A stretch of 64,000 nt of DNA from Trichoplax adhaerens (Eukaryota > Animalia > Placozoa). Made by a program: the position numbers and the translations under genes. Shown here one piece after another: positions 39,701-54,500 of this stretch (its first letter is position 1; each line of letters opens with the position of its first letter). The stretch is from assembly GCF_000150275.1 (NCBI RefSeq), contig NW_002060947.1, positions 1,674,809-1,738,808 of the forward strand. The letters run 5' to 3'. The notes under the pieces were generated by a model. That model was not told the DNA's origin and made no database searches. It worked only from the letters and a program-made list of their open reading frames with translations.

Positions 39701-41820
39701 GCCTCAATTGCCTATCGACCGTATCTCCCCTATCGTAGTATTCAACATTGGATATTGGATTGGATTTGTCATCTTGTTAGCGACATACGACTCGTATGCT
39801 ATTTTAATTTAGAATGTTGCTGTAGAGCAAACAAATGAATGAATGAAGCCTTTGCTGTTTGAATGATGACAGCAACTCCCCAGCTCACAATCTGTTTTGG
39901 TAGTGCATGAATCGTCCCTTGAATTTTTTATTACGGCCATCAGAAGTTTATTTTTCATCAAGACAGCTGCCAAGGGCCGCGACAAGATGATTGAAAAAGA
40001 AGAAGCTAGTGAGGCATTTTGTTACTAGTAAGTTTGATATCACTCTTCTCTCTTTGGTACTTCAACTGCTGTACGTATTGTACCGTGCGAGCCTACATTG
40101 TCTACAATACTGTACGCTGTCCGTATCCAAGGCGTCCATCAATCTTTCTTTCATCGACATTGCCTTCCCCGTACTGTACTGTTACAGTATTTTCAAAGTT
40201 ATTGTGTTGGAATATGACAAGCGATGTGGCTTGTCGTTAGCCTAAAATAAACTTGATCTCTATTTCAAGCAAATACAGTATAGCATCGGACATCGGAAAT
40301 TCAGTAATGTGCGATTGGTTGATCATTAGCATTGGTAACCCCAAATTGGCAACATTGTTTAAATTATGTTTTCTTTCAATACAGTACAGTGGCAAGAAGG
40401 GATACTCGTGTACGCCAAGACGAGTCCACTTGATTTAACCATGGCGTTGACTGTTTTTGTTGGTTATGTTTGTAGTCAGAATTGCAGGTGTCATTTTAAA
40501 TTTGATGTGATTTGTTATTCATATTCTGATTGAAGTTGGCGTAATACATACGGACACGCTTTTGGTCCAATCTTAGAGTAACTCGACGCGGTAGTGACCA
40601 TCATACATACTGCTGTGATGGACGCTCAATGTAAACATGACAATATAGTACCACGGACTTGAGAAAGTAGTACAGGTACTAGACAATCATCCACTGGTAG
40701 TCACGATGGGACCGTAAGAAGTTGGCAAACTACGAACTTTGATACGGTGACACACAGTAGGGAATAGTCGGCATAAACTACAGTATGTACAATGTTCTGA
40801 CATGGAAGTGATGAGGAAATGACTAGGATCGTAAAGTGCTACATTGGACCCTCTGCTTGAGCTTCCACTCGAACTTGATCATGCATGCCCAGTAGTGTAC
40901 GTACGCCTGTGAATGTTGACGATTCGTACTGTACTGTACTGTCATTTAAAAGAAGTGGAATTGCGATGAAAATTATCAAAAGGACATCTCTGAAGTATTG
41001 GCCAAGTAAACGTTGCCGTAACTAGGCATTTTATGATTGGATTGAAGAAATTCTACTGTACTGTAGTGTATTGTAGTGTGCTGTATTACTGTACGTCCAG
41101 TACTGTCCAATTGCAGCAGGCTACATACTGATGCTGTCGTGGATTTCGCTACGATACGCGCAAAAAAAGTTGAAAGCCAATCGCGACTCAAATACTGTAC
41201 AGTTCTGTACAATAGTTGATACTGTAGTTTATAGAGTGGACAGTGGTTTGCATTTGGGCTGCACCCGCAGATGCAATTATTAGTGGTTTCACACTGGCAC
41301 GGCAGTCAAATCGAACATTTTAAAATACACACTGTACCATAGAGGGCAACAATAGAGTAAGTCTTTGGTGAATAAGAGCATAAGTACTTCATCGAATAGG
41401 GTGGGAGTTCTATTGTCTTGACGCTAAATACAATCCTAGTCCAATACCATTGGTCAATTTATCTATTATACCGTCACATTTGACCAATAAGAAACACGGA
41501 CAAGTTTTCCTGCCTGCCAGTGCGCAGTAGCATAAATCTGTCGATCAATCAAAAAAAAATTCGTTTTCGCGTTTTTTGTTGTATGCTGGACAGGCTGTAC
41601 TAGGGTCGTTAGCAATTTTTTGAGGAGGTTAAAACGACTGTGTGTGTGTATGTGTTTACATCAAAGAAGGTGGCTCAACACAGTTTCTGACAAAGGAATC
41701 GTTGTACGTGTTGAATTTAGGCCAGCTTATATTTTCTCAAGTAATTCCATCGATCGCTACGTTTAACTTGTGTGTGAGAGTGGTAAAAAGAATCCCATTG
41801 AACGCCAACAAGAAGGAAAA

Positions 41821-44800
41821 ATGGATAACTCTAGCGATTTAGGGCCACAGCGAGCCCGATGCATGACATGGCCACTCCCACGACCGGACTTCGATGAAGA
41901 TGCCACGAAGTCTGAAGAGCAGGAACAAGTTCAACGCGAGCAGGAAGGTAGCTCACGTAAAAGTTCAAGCCGGCGTAACGCATGGGGTAACTTCTCTTAT
42001 GCGGATTTAATTACCAAAGCAATACAATCATCGCCGGAACAGCGTTTAACTTTATCTCAAATATACGAATGGATGGTTAATAATGTAGCCTACTTTAAAG
42101 ATAAAGGTGAAAGCAACTCATCGGCTGGATGGAAGGTTAGTCAGCCATGATTGCGGCCTTTTGTTCTACATTCATGTTTTATACGTACACTACCGTGCGC
42201 CTGATTATATTGTTCGCACAATGTGTTGTATTACCTATGACGGGTACTACGGATCGATCTGGTACTCTACTACAATTGATGAAGTTGTAAATTAAGCTTG
42301 GAGTCAGTTTTCGTATTCAAAAAAGGCACTGAATGCTATTGGTACTTTATACACCATTGCCTTCTTCATAGTCCATCAGAAAATGAATTTGATATATCTT
42401 GTTAAAATTAGCCCAATTCTCCACTGATCAAGATAAGTTGATTGATCGATGTGGAACAGTTGGACTATCTTTTTCTACTTCGTTATGATACAGTACAGCA
42501 GTATGGGGGACTACAAGCAGTTGTCATTCTATTTCTTGGCAGGGTGCGATGTACTTCACTTTTTTAGTGTTGTTAACTCGTTTCAAAGTACACTCTTCAT
42601 GTATTTCTTATTGATATTACAAAATATTTCTGAGTAATAGTGGAAGAAATGGAGTGATAGAAAAACTTTTCCAGTTATTGCACTATAGCCTATTTGAAAC
42701 TCCGCTAACGACGGACGTCGATATATTGTTTGGCGTACAGTAAAGTCCAGTTTAGTCGATGTGGCGATCATTTTGGTTATACTTTTGACGAACGTTATTT
42801 TCATTTGAACGAGGCTTCAAATTACTTGATGATACCATATAAAGTATGTGCTACTGTTTGGGTAGTGTGCAATTCGCTAGTATAATTCTACATTTGCCTA
42901 CTACAGTAATGTCGAGAACACCTCTATTCGACGCTACTCTACTATAGTGGATGTCGATACTTTACAGTACCCTAGATGCTGATACGCTTTGTACTGTACT
43001 ATCCAACGTACAATAATATGACGCCAAAAAAAATGGAGTGAAGAAAAAAAGGCAGCTTTGAAAGTAGACTACAACTAACGACTATTTTCCCTAAAATCAC
43101 TCTATGACAACCAATGAATCTCTATTTTATTGTAATATACTTTATTATACTCCTATTATTGGTAATATATTTTTTCCGATAGCATTAGATTCACTTTAGT
43201 GCTATCTTCCACTTGATTTAGATATTATTTCAATCAGCGTTTTCATCCACTTTACAGTATGCAACATTACACTGTAGACTACAATAGTACAGTTGTGTAG
43301 GGGGAAAATGGACCAATTTCCAATTTGGATGGAAGACTGTTATGATACGAGTTTATATTAATTGAGATGTTGTACTAGTTAAATTGTTAACGTGTTTCGC
43401 TGGATAGATTTGCAGCCTACATAAAAAACGGCAGATGTCTTGAGCTTTCTTTTGCCAAACATAGCCTGAGTACAGTACATTACAATGCAGTATACTGTAT
43501 CATTTTTTTTCAACTGTATGGTTGCCTTACTAGATTCTTCTTTGTTCCTTACTGTATTCTAAATGACAATAACCTGAGCAAACGTCAGGCGAACTTTCTT
43601 TCTTTTTTAATTTTCTCTCCCTTGTACGCTATCTATTGCGACCAATCTCTGGCTATAGAGCATAGAATGTCATGTTTTGTTATTTTTTATTGTCCTCTTA
43701 TTCGCCCTTTGATCGTGGCTATCTTATACTGAGTCATAGAACAGTTATGCCGTAACGAAAGTTCCGACTCTTTTTTTATCCTTGTGGCTATGATGTCCGC
43801 TTGATTTCTTGTTCTTGTTCTTCCTTATTGTCTTAACACCTTGAAATGTATTTTCCATTTTTTCTTTTTTTTTAATTGCAAAATATCTAAAAAATTCCAA
43901 TGAAATAACTCTCCCCCTTGTATCAAATTGCCTTTCTATTTGTAGAATTCCATCCGTCATAACTTATCTCTTCATAGTCGTTTTGTACGTGTCCAAAATG
44001 AAGGGACTGGTAAAAGTTCTTGGTGGACATTAAATACCGATGCTAAGCCTGGTAAAGCAACACGAAGAAGAGCTGGTAGTATCGATGGCGTTGCACGACG
44101 TCGTGGTAGAATGAAGAAAAGTTTAAAACCTATTAGTGACACTACAGACGAAGGAAGCGAATTAGGAACACCAGGCCTTGCCTCGCCCGGTGTCAAAACT
44201 CAACCACAAATTTGGGCACGTCGAGATTCTGATTATATACGTGGTGATCGTACACCAGATTCCAATGAGTGCGAATCACCAGTACGTTCTCGTACTGCAA
44301 GTAATGCTTCATCTTGTGGTCGGCCATCACCAATTATACCAAGTGACTTAGAAAGTATCCCGACTATACCGTCCATGTTTCAGGAATACGCCCATAATGA
44401 ATACCTACCTCGTAATAATAGTAGCGGCAATAATAACGAGTTGGTTGACAATTTCGATTCAATGATTATACGATCACCTTATAGCACTGATGGGTCATTT
44501 TCCTCGATGATGGAAAATGGTATTCCAAGCGGTGGCACTTCATTACGTACGCATCACAATCCAGGATATTCTGTACCACCGAATCAGCAAATAGGTGGTT
44601 TACGTTCACCTCGTGATATCCATTCAATTTCTAGTGGTGGTTATAACAATAATCAACAACAATTTAATCTTCAACAAAAAACGATGCTGATGCAATCGCA
44701 TCAGCCTCCGAACTCTCATACAGCTCAACATCAACCGCATATTTTTGATCATTTGGAACATCATCCATCTCAGCAACAACATCAATTTCAACATCATGAT

Positions 44801-45406
44801 GCATACCCGCACCAAGGAGCCCATAATCAACCTGGTCATATGGGGATGACACATGAATCAACTGAATTATTCAGTATGTTACCTTCAATGAATAATAATG
44901 TAAGAGACGACTTTTGTAATGATGGTACATCGATGTTACAAGATTATAATACTATGGGACCAAATAATTATTCATACAACAATCCTGCTGCACAACAAGC
45001 AGATTTATTTTCCACACAATCGTATCAAGGCCAAGGACATGATATCAATGAAATGGAACAAATGCCCATGATAGCAAATAGGCATCAACAACAGAATTTA
45101 AACCAAGTCAATATGACGAATTTACATCAACCAATGATGCATTCTAATATGGCACAACAACATCAGCCACAACATAGGCAGCATCAGCAACATCATGGTA
45201 TTAATCAGTTTGATGCATTAAACGACAAATTACCTAATGATGAAGAAGAATTTGATTTGTTTCATCATAACATAGAATATGATAATATGCCTAATGAATT
45301 AATGCATGATAGTGGTGTTTTACTTGATACACCAAATAATCCCTTACTACCGGTGTCATCGATGCAAAGTGTATCAAGTAGACCAGTAACAACAACACAG
45401 CAATAA
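41821..45406 (+). CDS. FoxO: Forkhead box O transcription factor, 2 exons (41821-42135, 43946-45406)
   Basis: Forkhead domain [44 protein letters not shown]|[27 protein letters not shown], with the canonical FoxO intron at GWK/NSIR (GT 42136, AG 43944-43945). Three Akt motifs are present: [23 protein letters not shown]. Confidence 0.98.
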
Positions 45407-46374
45407 GGAAAATTTTGTGCTAACGTCTTATATCTGACTTAAAATTACCTTATGACAAGAACATGATTTGTGGATTTGATTTTAAGAACATTATTAGGGT
45501 TAAATTCTTATTTAGCCTTCGATATAGGTACAGCTTTCCATTTTGAGCCCTCGTCAGATCTAGATTTTGATCTATTTTCTACAGTGCAAGATGTAGTACT
45601 TATAGATTGTGTGCGATTAAGAATCACATTGTACAGGAGACAATTTTAGTAATGATAACAGGAGCTAAAGATGCCATCCTATGACGAAGAATGTAAAGAC
45701 GTAACTAAATGTCCAGTTAGCTGTAAAAAGTATTTGATTATTGATATTTCCTTTCCGACGGCCATTTAATGATAATACTATAAAGTAGTCGCTGAGAAAA
45801 TAAATTTTTGTTTTTGTAATAACACTACATTACATTATTAAACACTTGAGATGAATAGTTTACTAGTGCACTAGACAGTATGTTTCGTATGCTTTTATTA
45901 TCGATATATCTAATAGTTCGCTAAAGCAGAAATTGACGAGTGTGCCCTTGATTTAATTTCAGAAATTACAATTTCACTCAATGATTACGCCTATTTCCAA
46001 TACTGCTTACATTATTAACCGTTGTGGTATTATAATGTACACGATGACTTCTATTATATACTATGTAAGTGTACTTTACCAGGATAAAATGTGGTAATGT
46101 ACATGACTGCGGTAGATGATAATTTATTATCATCTTATTGTATTATTACAATTACAATATTATTACAAGTCCTACAATGATTTAATATAACGTATCTTTA
46201 ACTTTAATGGAATATTTTACTGTAAATAGGTAATACTATACTGTACGTATTCGCTATTGCCAAAATTTTTTGTTTTGGTTGTTTTTTGAGTAATACTGGC
46301 ATGGCGACAGCTATGTGTATTATAAATACGTATATATACATTTCCATGTATATGAAGATATATATTGATATCTC

Positions 46375-46396
46375 ATATATATATATATATATATAT
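46375..46396. repeat. (AT)11 microsatellite
   Basis: Read directly from the sequence. Confidence 0.9.
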
Positions 46397-49300
46397 GTAA
46401 CTAGTAAAAATTTGACTTTACGAAATGCAGCAGCTTTGTTCCTAAATTTATTATCGATTACTGCATACAAAATTATTTTAAAATTGCATCTAGCAGTAGA
46501 ACTGAACTGAAAATTTAACAGCCTTACTATATACGTTAGTGGAAGAGAGTATAGGATATAGTTATATGTTAGATACAAGAATTCCATGTATCATACTGTA
46601 AATGGAAGCTAATTACTTGATATTATGAATCGGTCAATATCTTACCAACGTTATTACTCTGATCTGTTGCTTGCCATGCTATTATCTTTTTGCTTGCTAT
46701 GCTATTGTCTTGTTTTAATGGAATATCATGCTTCCTATTAGACAACTTTACGCATACTTTAAAACGAACTTTATTACTGTATGTTGATAAATTTGATTGC
46801 TAACTGTCAGTATAGCACACTGGTTACTATTGTACATTATCGCACAAGAAAACCTGTGTACTGAACTATGATGGAAATAAGGAACGCTATCAAATATCTG
46901 TCTATTGATTGTAGCGAAATAGTTTATTGCACATAAAATTGTCAGCAATGTAATCCATCTAGTATTGTACCATCCGTTAGACATATTACTCGTGTATACT
47001 AGGTGCAATATGCAGTGGCAATGCTCTAGATCTTTATTATGTTCGTCATTATTTTAGCCTTATGTAATGTAATCTGTGATGATAGTGTATTTCTGATGGG
47101 TAAAAATAATTGCTATTATTAACTAGTACTGTAGCAAGTAAAGAATTTGATATAGCCGGATAATAGTATAGAAATTTGCTATGTATGATTCGGATTTGAC
47201 AAATTACGATATTTCATATCTATTAATGGATGATGTAACTATGCCTGTGGTAGCTATAGTACTCATCTTTTGTTCCCTTGATAAGAAAGTGATCAAAACG
47301 GATGTATAATTAAGTGCATTACTGACAGATTGATACCGTAGTCACATTAACGAATGGATCAATGTAACTTATTCCGTGTCATGTCCCAAGTGCTCTCTTC
47401 TATTTATGATAATAAAATCAATCAACTTATGCCGATATAGCAACTGACTGCTTAAATAGTTGCTATCAAGCTAAATTTAATATCCTTTCATCAGACTTGC
47501 AATTTTGGTATTTACTAGCGTAGTTCCATCGATCGAAGTAGTTGATCTGCAGTCATCAGCATCATATACTACAGTAGTTTCACTTACACTAATTTATTCT
47601 TTTGACGAAGTACTAATATGAATATATTGTGACTACTGTATGAAATACTGTACACCAACAGTATTGCTACTACTAATGCCAGATTTGTATTAACTAAAAT
47701 CAATATGGCAAAAACTATATATCGAAAATCGCCAATTAGTCAGTTTTTATGTGATTACAAGGCGTAAATCAGATTAGAGAATGTATGTAATTACTTACAA
47801 TAGGATCTCTTGTAATAAGTTGCTGTAATTAATTAATTATCGGACAGCGATAAAGTAGTCAAACTGGGATAAATCAATAATTAAGCAACTAATATATTAC
47901 CGGATGTTGCATTGTAATCAGCTGGTTCCTATTTTAGCTGTAACTCATTCACCTTCACATCGTATATTACAAATGTTCAACAATAATGACAATTCCAAGT
48001 AGCAATTATCTCACTAGGTGATAATTAATAATATCTGTTGCGCTGTTCTATATCTGATGCCTATTTACTTATGCTCTAATTCTGCTGTAGGGTCCTCTCG
48101 CTAACTTATATTACTTTACGGAATTGGAGAATAATTTACTAACATCATTCAATATGAATAGCTGTTATGAAAGAAACTTTGTATTTTACAGTTGATCCAT
48201 TTACGTTATAACTACTGTACAATTATTAAAGAATACAGAGCAATAACTGTCGCACTTTGTAAGTTGTCGAACACCATGAATATGAAGAAATTTGGTAAAA
48301 CGGATGATGGTTAGAATTAGTGAGCTTCGCTTTTACGAAGAATTAGGTCTAAATAGCGTCCGCAGTTCCGGAACAAAATACGTATAATATGATTAATTTT
48401 TTGTAGGTCGATTGTCTTTTTTGTCGTCTTACGAAATTCAGTCTTTTATAATTCATTGTTACTCGTATATAGGATAAGAAAGGTCATTTTAATATTATGC
48501 AGTTCACGACTCAGAGTCACGCTATACACAGAAGCAGAGTTCAATAACGGGTAACGCCATTCGTAGAAACAATAATGTAAAGAATTCTACCATACATTAA
48601 AATCGTACATTATCCAAATGCCAGCTTAAAAGTGCTGTTAATATATCAATGCTATTGCACTCTATTATGAGTACTGTAGCTGTAAATTTACTAGCCCAAA
48701 AGATACACTTCATTAATGTAACTAGAGTATCTAGCATTGCATAGAAAAATGGCGCGAGTTATATCTTAATGTACTGTAAATATAAACGGAATTCTTACCG
48801 CACTAGTATATGCTTCCATAGAAAGTTATTGTTAATCACTACCTACTGGTTTGTGCATCAGCCAATCTTTCTTTATACGTTATTTTGTAGACTTGAAATT
48901 ATTAGTATTGATTCCTGATGAAATGCAATAAAAAATCCTTTATTAAGGTATTTACTGAGGCTATTGGCTGCACATTTCATTCGGTACATGATCATTTTTT
49001 ACATTTTCACTAATCTATTGCATAGCAGATTATCAGTTTATTTAATTTAATAAACTCGTATTTAAAGCATAAAGTACATAGGAAAGTACTAATACATTAA
49101 ACGGCTCGAAAATCGATACCGATGACATCAATTCTAGAACAATATCGTATAAGGAAAATTCCTGATATATCGTTGTACTATCATGTTGAGTCTATTGCAA
49201 TGCAATCCTTTAATCGGAACCCCATCGCAGTTTGTGAGAACAGAAACTATCATCGGCAACATTATAAGGGCACCATATTTTATGCATTAACTAAATCATG

Positions 49301-50046
49301 ATGATTGTCAGCTCTCTGCGAGATAATATACTAAACTATATGGTATTCCGCCGGGAATCCTTAAAAAATTTTTTTTGAATTCTATGAACATAATCTCTCA
49401 GGACTACAGATTTCCTATGAAATCATTTACTACGCCTCATCGCAAAAGGAAATTATTGCCATTTCGATGAAATAACTAATTATAGTTTTACTGTTAAAAT
49501 TATTATATATCGATGAAGATTATCACCCAAAGGAAACTACTGGAATTACTTTGCTAATAAATAGTATAGACACAGCACACAGATTATGTTGCTTTTAGAC
49601 TAATAATTAATTCTTAATTAGATTTACTTCTATATCTGCTAACCGATCAATTATTATGTCAGCTGAAAATTGAATCATTTAGCATTGCATGCTGTAAATT
49701 GTCAATTAGAATAAAGCATAGGTGCGTTGATTAGATACTGAAATGTATGCTTTTACTACCACATACTCTGCACAGTCGGATTAAACATGGTAGGGATATC
49801 AAACCTTATTCAGAGAATCATAACTATTTCTATAGGTTGTATTTATAGGACATTGATATTTATTTATACTGCATGCGTATGTAGGATGTGTGGTACATTT
49901 GATGCTGTTGAGAATAATGAAATTTACGATGTGAAACATTGATAGCCGAGATACGAATAAATGCAGTTGTATTTTTTTAGACCCGTATATGTTAAGGGGG
50001 CCTATGCCAGTAAATGTGGATCCTTCGATCAATATTAATCATTATT

Positions 50047-50112
50047 AATATATACGTTCCGGTCATTCTTAAAGCTGATTTCATACTTAGGAATGGCCGG
50101 AACATATATATT
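50047..50112. other. Inverted repeat / hairpin, 26-bp arms with a 14-nt loop
   Basis: AATATATACGTTCCGGTCATTCTTAA (50047-50072) pairs with TTAGGAATGGCCGGAACATATATATT (50087-50112): 23/26 Watson-Crick, 2 G-U and 1 C-A on the + strand. Confidence 0.9.
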
Positions 50113-51561
50113 GTATTTTAGCTATTATATACTGCCTAATATAGTACAGTAGTTATTTATTGGCTTATTTTACAATACGTATTTTATCTTCTTTGCACAA
50201 TTGTACAATATACTGCTCATAAAGTTACTATTAATACAGTGACATTTTATTGCATGAAAAAGTACAGTATGAAAAGATATCTAAACGAGGAAGGCTACAA
50301 AGTGACTCCCAAAAATTGGTCATGAGGCAGAAATGCTCTCAATCTACTCCTCCAACTGTTTTATGTAGCCTATGACTTTAGATACTACACAAGTTTCGTC
50401 AATGTTTTACGAACTCATCATTTATAACTAAATATGACAAATAGTTTTGTGCTAGAGGCATCAATGAAAACGAATAAAACATATTTTATCGAAGATACAA
50501 CTATTCGATTAAAAGCACGTTCACCTTGGATACAACGTTGTGCGGTGTAAAAGCCAAAAACTAAGTTACGTAGTATACTAGATTTTAAGAAGAAATCAGG
50601 TATAAAATAGCGAAAATGGGATCCTTATTATGCTTTATTTATATCTTAAGAGTGATAGTTTATTTAATTACGCGCACAGCAATAGTGACTCAATTGCCAA
50701 GAATATTATCCTTCAGTAATAAATAGAGTAAGTTCATACTTATACCTGATTATAGTTTAAAGGGTACAAATTCTAATTTATAACTAGGTGAGATGAAAGT
50801 AGTACTGTATCGGCGCATCTGATTCATTTTATTAGCCGTTGATCCATTAAAATGACTAGAAAAATACCGTCCATTCGGCTTATGATTGCTTTTAACTCTA
50901 GAACTTTATCTAAAATAGCTCATTTAAGCACGCGTGTAAATATAAATTAGCAGCAATGAGCTTGCACTTTATTCATGATTTTGACCGGCTCAATTCATCC
51001 ATCCGTAGTCAATATAAATCAATAGCATTGCACTGGCGAATGGCTCTATAAAATTATAACCTTCATCGTTGCTTTTTTTCCCTTCTTCCCTCCTTAGATA
51101 GCTACGCAACAGCAATACGATATCGTCCCGTGGATTCTTTATTATTATCTGCTAATAAATAAATAAATTGAAATTGTTTAATATCGTTCCGTCCCTACCT
51201 AAGCTTATGTTGTATTCTAACAAAAGATGTTGAGGTACGAACATGTGGGCGTCACTCTCGCTTGGTTGACGTGCAAATAGCTGACGTATATTTTCCCTAT
51301 GGCTTTTTAATGTTATCTTCTGCTAGGTCAGAGAAAATTTCTCTTCTGTGAAATTTTACACTGCCATTTTTTTTTTCAATGAAAATTTGAAATCCTTTAA
51401 AGTTCTTGGTAATGAGTGATTTCTTTTTCCTTGAATGGCTGTGTTATCCAATCTTTTAGGGGGAGATAAACCCTTATTAAGGTTTCCAATGTTTGCTTGT
51501 CAATAAATTGATTCCGTTGATTAATAGGTAATAGGTAATGTAGAGGTTAGCAGAATTAAGG

Positions 51562-54500
51562 ATGGAGAACAGTATTGAAAATACTCTTATGAAAGAAATT
51601 TCCACCATTCTAGGTAAGTTATTATTATTTTTATTATGAATAGAAAATATTGAAATAGGCCCTCTTCCATTTTATTGTGGCCATAGTTTATTTATCTAAT
51701 AGTATTTTAATTCACTTGCTCGCTCTTAATATTTACTGTAGTCAAGTAGTATACGCTGAACTAATCAATTTGCCCATTTCAACCTTGTTGCGTCGTAGTA
51801 CTAATTAGGTTAAGTGGGTGTTAAAATGAAGTGAAGTATGAGAACGAATTGTTTTTTGCTCTACAGCTAAAACTACTCTACAAAAAATAGCATTTAACTC
51901 AACTGATAAAAAAGGTTTATATTCGAAGTGTTCTTTCTGCCTTCTCTCTTTGATAACTGCTATTTATCAGCAAACTGAAAAAGATGTCTATATAAAAGCT
52001 TCAAATAGAACTTAGTGTATGTCTACACGTGACTGCTGTTGTCTTTTCTGTAGTCTATTACTAGGCAAAGTATTGTACGTTTTCGCGAAAAAAAAAATTG
52101 TCGTATACAATATACTTGCTGATAGCAATTTGCAAGAAATGACGAAATGTTCCTCTATAATAGTAATCATTTTAATAATACTCCTTTTCGGCATCATTTG
52201 TTAGAACAGTGTCGTTCAAGATGTAGTAGCAATCGATACGATTCGGAAAAAATTAAAACTTAATTACAGTCAGGTGGAATTACAATTACGTGTTACTGAG
52301 AGTATGTTTGATGTTTATAAATATTGTATTATTTTAATTTATAATACATGTCCTTATTAAAGGAACAGCAATCGATGTAACACGTAGTGAAAACTTCGCC
52401 ATTACTACATCAGGAATTATGATATCAACAATATTAAAGTCTTACAAATGGGCTTAATTTCCTATGCAGTGTAACGCAATGATAACCGTGATATTCATAG
52501 CTAGATACTCATGCAAATTTGGCCGCTGCCACAATAAAATATGAATAAGGATGTGTACTTTGTAACAATTTACGGCAAGTAATATTGTTACAACAAGATC
52601 CAAGGACTATATACTATACAAGTAAACGTGTAATTTCGCACTATAAGAATCTTATCGAGTATCCCGATATTCTTACATAAAAATGAACCCTTATTATCAT
52701 AACTTAATATACGAATGAATAATTGAATAAAGCAGTTACTTTAATGCTCAATATTTTTCAATAATTCCAATGTACCAACTTTGCAAATCTTTCCACATTA
52801 CCTGATATACATCCATCCTTGTACAGATAGCATAGAGTGTATTTTGAGATAAGCTTTCAAATATATTTAGAGGCCATTTGCTGATTTCTTACTCTATTAA
52901 TACTCTAATGTTACCTAAGTATTTTGTTTTGAAATTAACGATCCTAATGTGAGCAGTCAGTTAGCGAAGAAATGTATGTTATATGAATAATTGGTACTCA
53001 TTATTTTTTCTACCTCACATAATCTTGAATAATACAAAATTATAAAAAATTGATAATAAGATGTTGGACCTTAATATCAGTTCTTGCTCATCAAAGTATA
53101 AGTAATAGAATATCTACTTCATATTGAAATTTAATGAATTCGTTATATCGTCAGCCTTCCAGATTTGTATGGTTTTAACTTTGTTCAATATAGCTGTAAA
53201 TATACCGTTACGCTGACAACTATCGCCAGTAGAAATGGAGATAAAAGCGTACCTTTTATTGTTGTAATATCCGTATCAAAAATTTCTGGAACGAATTTCA
53301 GATATACATATTAAACTTATGTGGATTACATATATATGCACTAATACTATTTTTATGAGTTTATAAAATCGGCTAGATCTTAAATCATATCAGCCGTTTT
53401 CTTTTTTTGATATTTTAAAGTGTCAGTTCAGCATGGAAGACAACAAGACTATAACAGTCAAATCAAGAGAATTTTAGCTACATGTAGTACAATACGCAGC
53501 AAAGCGGGAAGTAGCTGTCAAAACTACAAAGTGATTTACAGATGTGGAGTTCAACTGTGGCGTTCAATGTCTCTCGTAGCGAAAGCTGGGAACTTACCTA
53601 ACGATACCAAAATTAAATGTAAGTTTAGATTTTAATTTTTAAATAATTTTCAATCATATGAATTCACGAATAAAATGTATGAGCTTACCGGTATTATGAA
53701 GAATAGATCACGGCTACATTATAAATCAGCTTTTGAAACTTATTACGGTTGATATAATTGGTAAATTACTTTTAATTATTATGAGAATGATGATGCATAA
53801 ATTATATGAACTCTTGGTGCTCGCCTTTAAGTACTTACTGTACTGTCTTACCTCTAGCCATTATTTATGTAATCTAATTCATCAGTTATTTTGAGTGAAG
53901 TCTAGTAGCAAAGAATATTGAAATGCGTATCATTTTATCGCGATTTACTCCCATCGAAGAGTAATTGTACCATTAGAATAATAATTAGCTATTTAACAAT
54001 AACTTTTGACATCTTATCGTATAGAAAAATACATACAGTATAAGGAAAAGATTGTTCACAATTTATGGCTGATTAACAAATTGCTAAAAATAGTTTTTCA
54101 GTGCAGGCTTACTTCACTAAAATACTTTAGGATAGCTACGGTATTATATATGACGATTCAGAAAGCCTGTAGCGGTTTATCCTTCACAGAATTTAAAAAT
54201 ACATCGCTATCAGAATAGCGCAGTACGAAGCTAATTCATAATTTAGCCGTTACGATAGCAAAGTTTGCAGTATAGAATGATATTCCATCAAACCTATGTA
54301 TATTACTTTGAGCAAAATATTTCTGGTAGGAACTATAATTCAGTGATTGAAGCGATTTTACGGTGAAGTGTTATAAGTTAGTCTATTTTTGGACCTAATT
54401 TTATATTAATATATTCTGCTATACTGAGGTTTACCACAGTTTGTTAATAAATCGCAAGATTCAATTCGCAGTTCGATGTGCTATAAGAATAGTTTATATC

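Noticed and set aside
40628-40640. FoxO autoregulatory site GTAAACA upstream of FoxO
   Set aside because: A single 7-mer is expected by chance in AT-rich DNA.
41770-41820. GTG-initiated N-terminal extension of FoxO
   Set aside because: The ATG at 41821 has strong context and gives a typical distance to the first Akt site; nothing supports non-AUG initiation.
46204-46587. 127-aa minus-strand ORF downstream of FoxO
   Set aside because: An I/Y-rich product of AT-dinucleotide low-complexity sequence.
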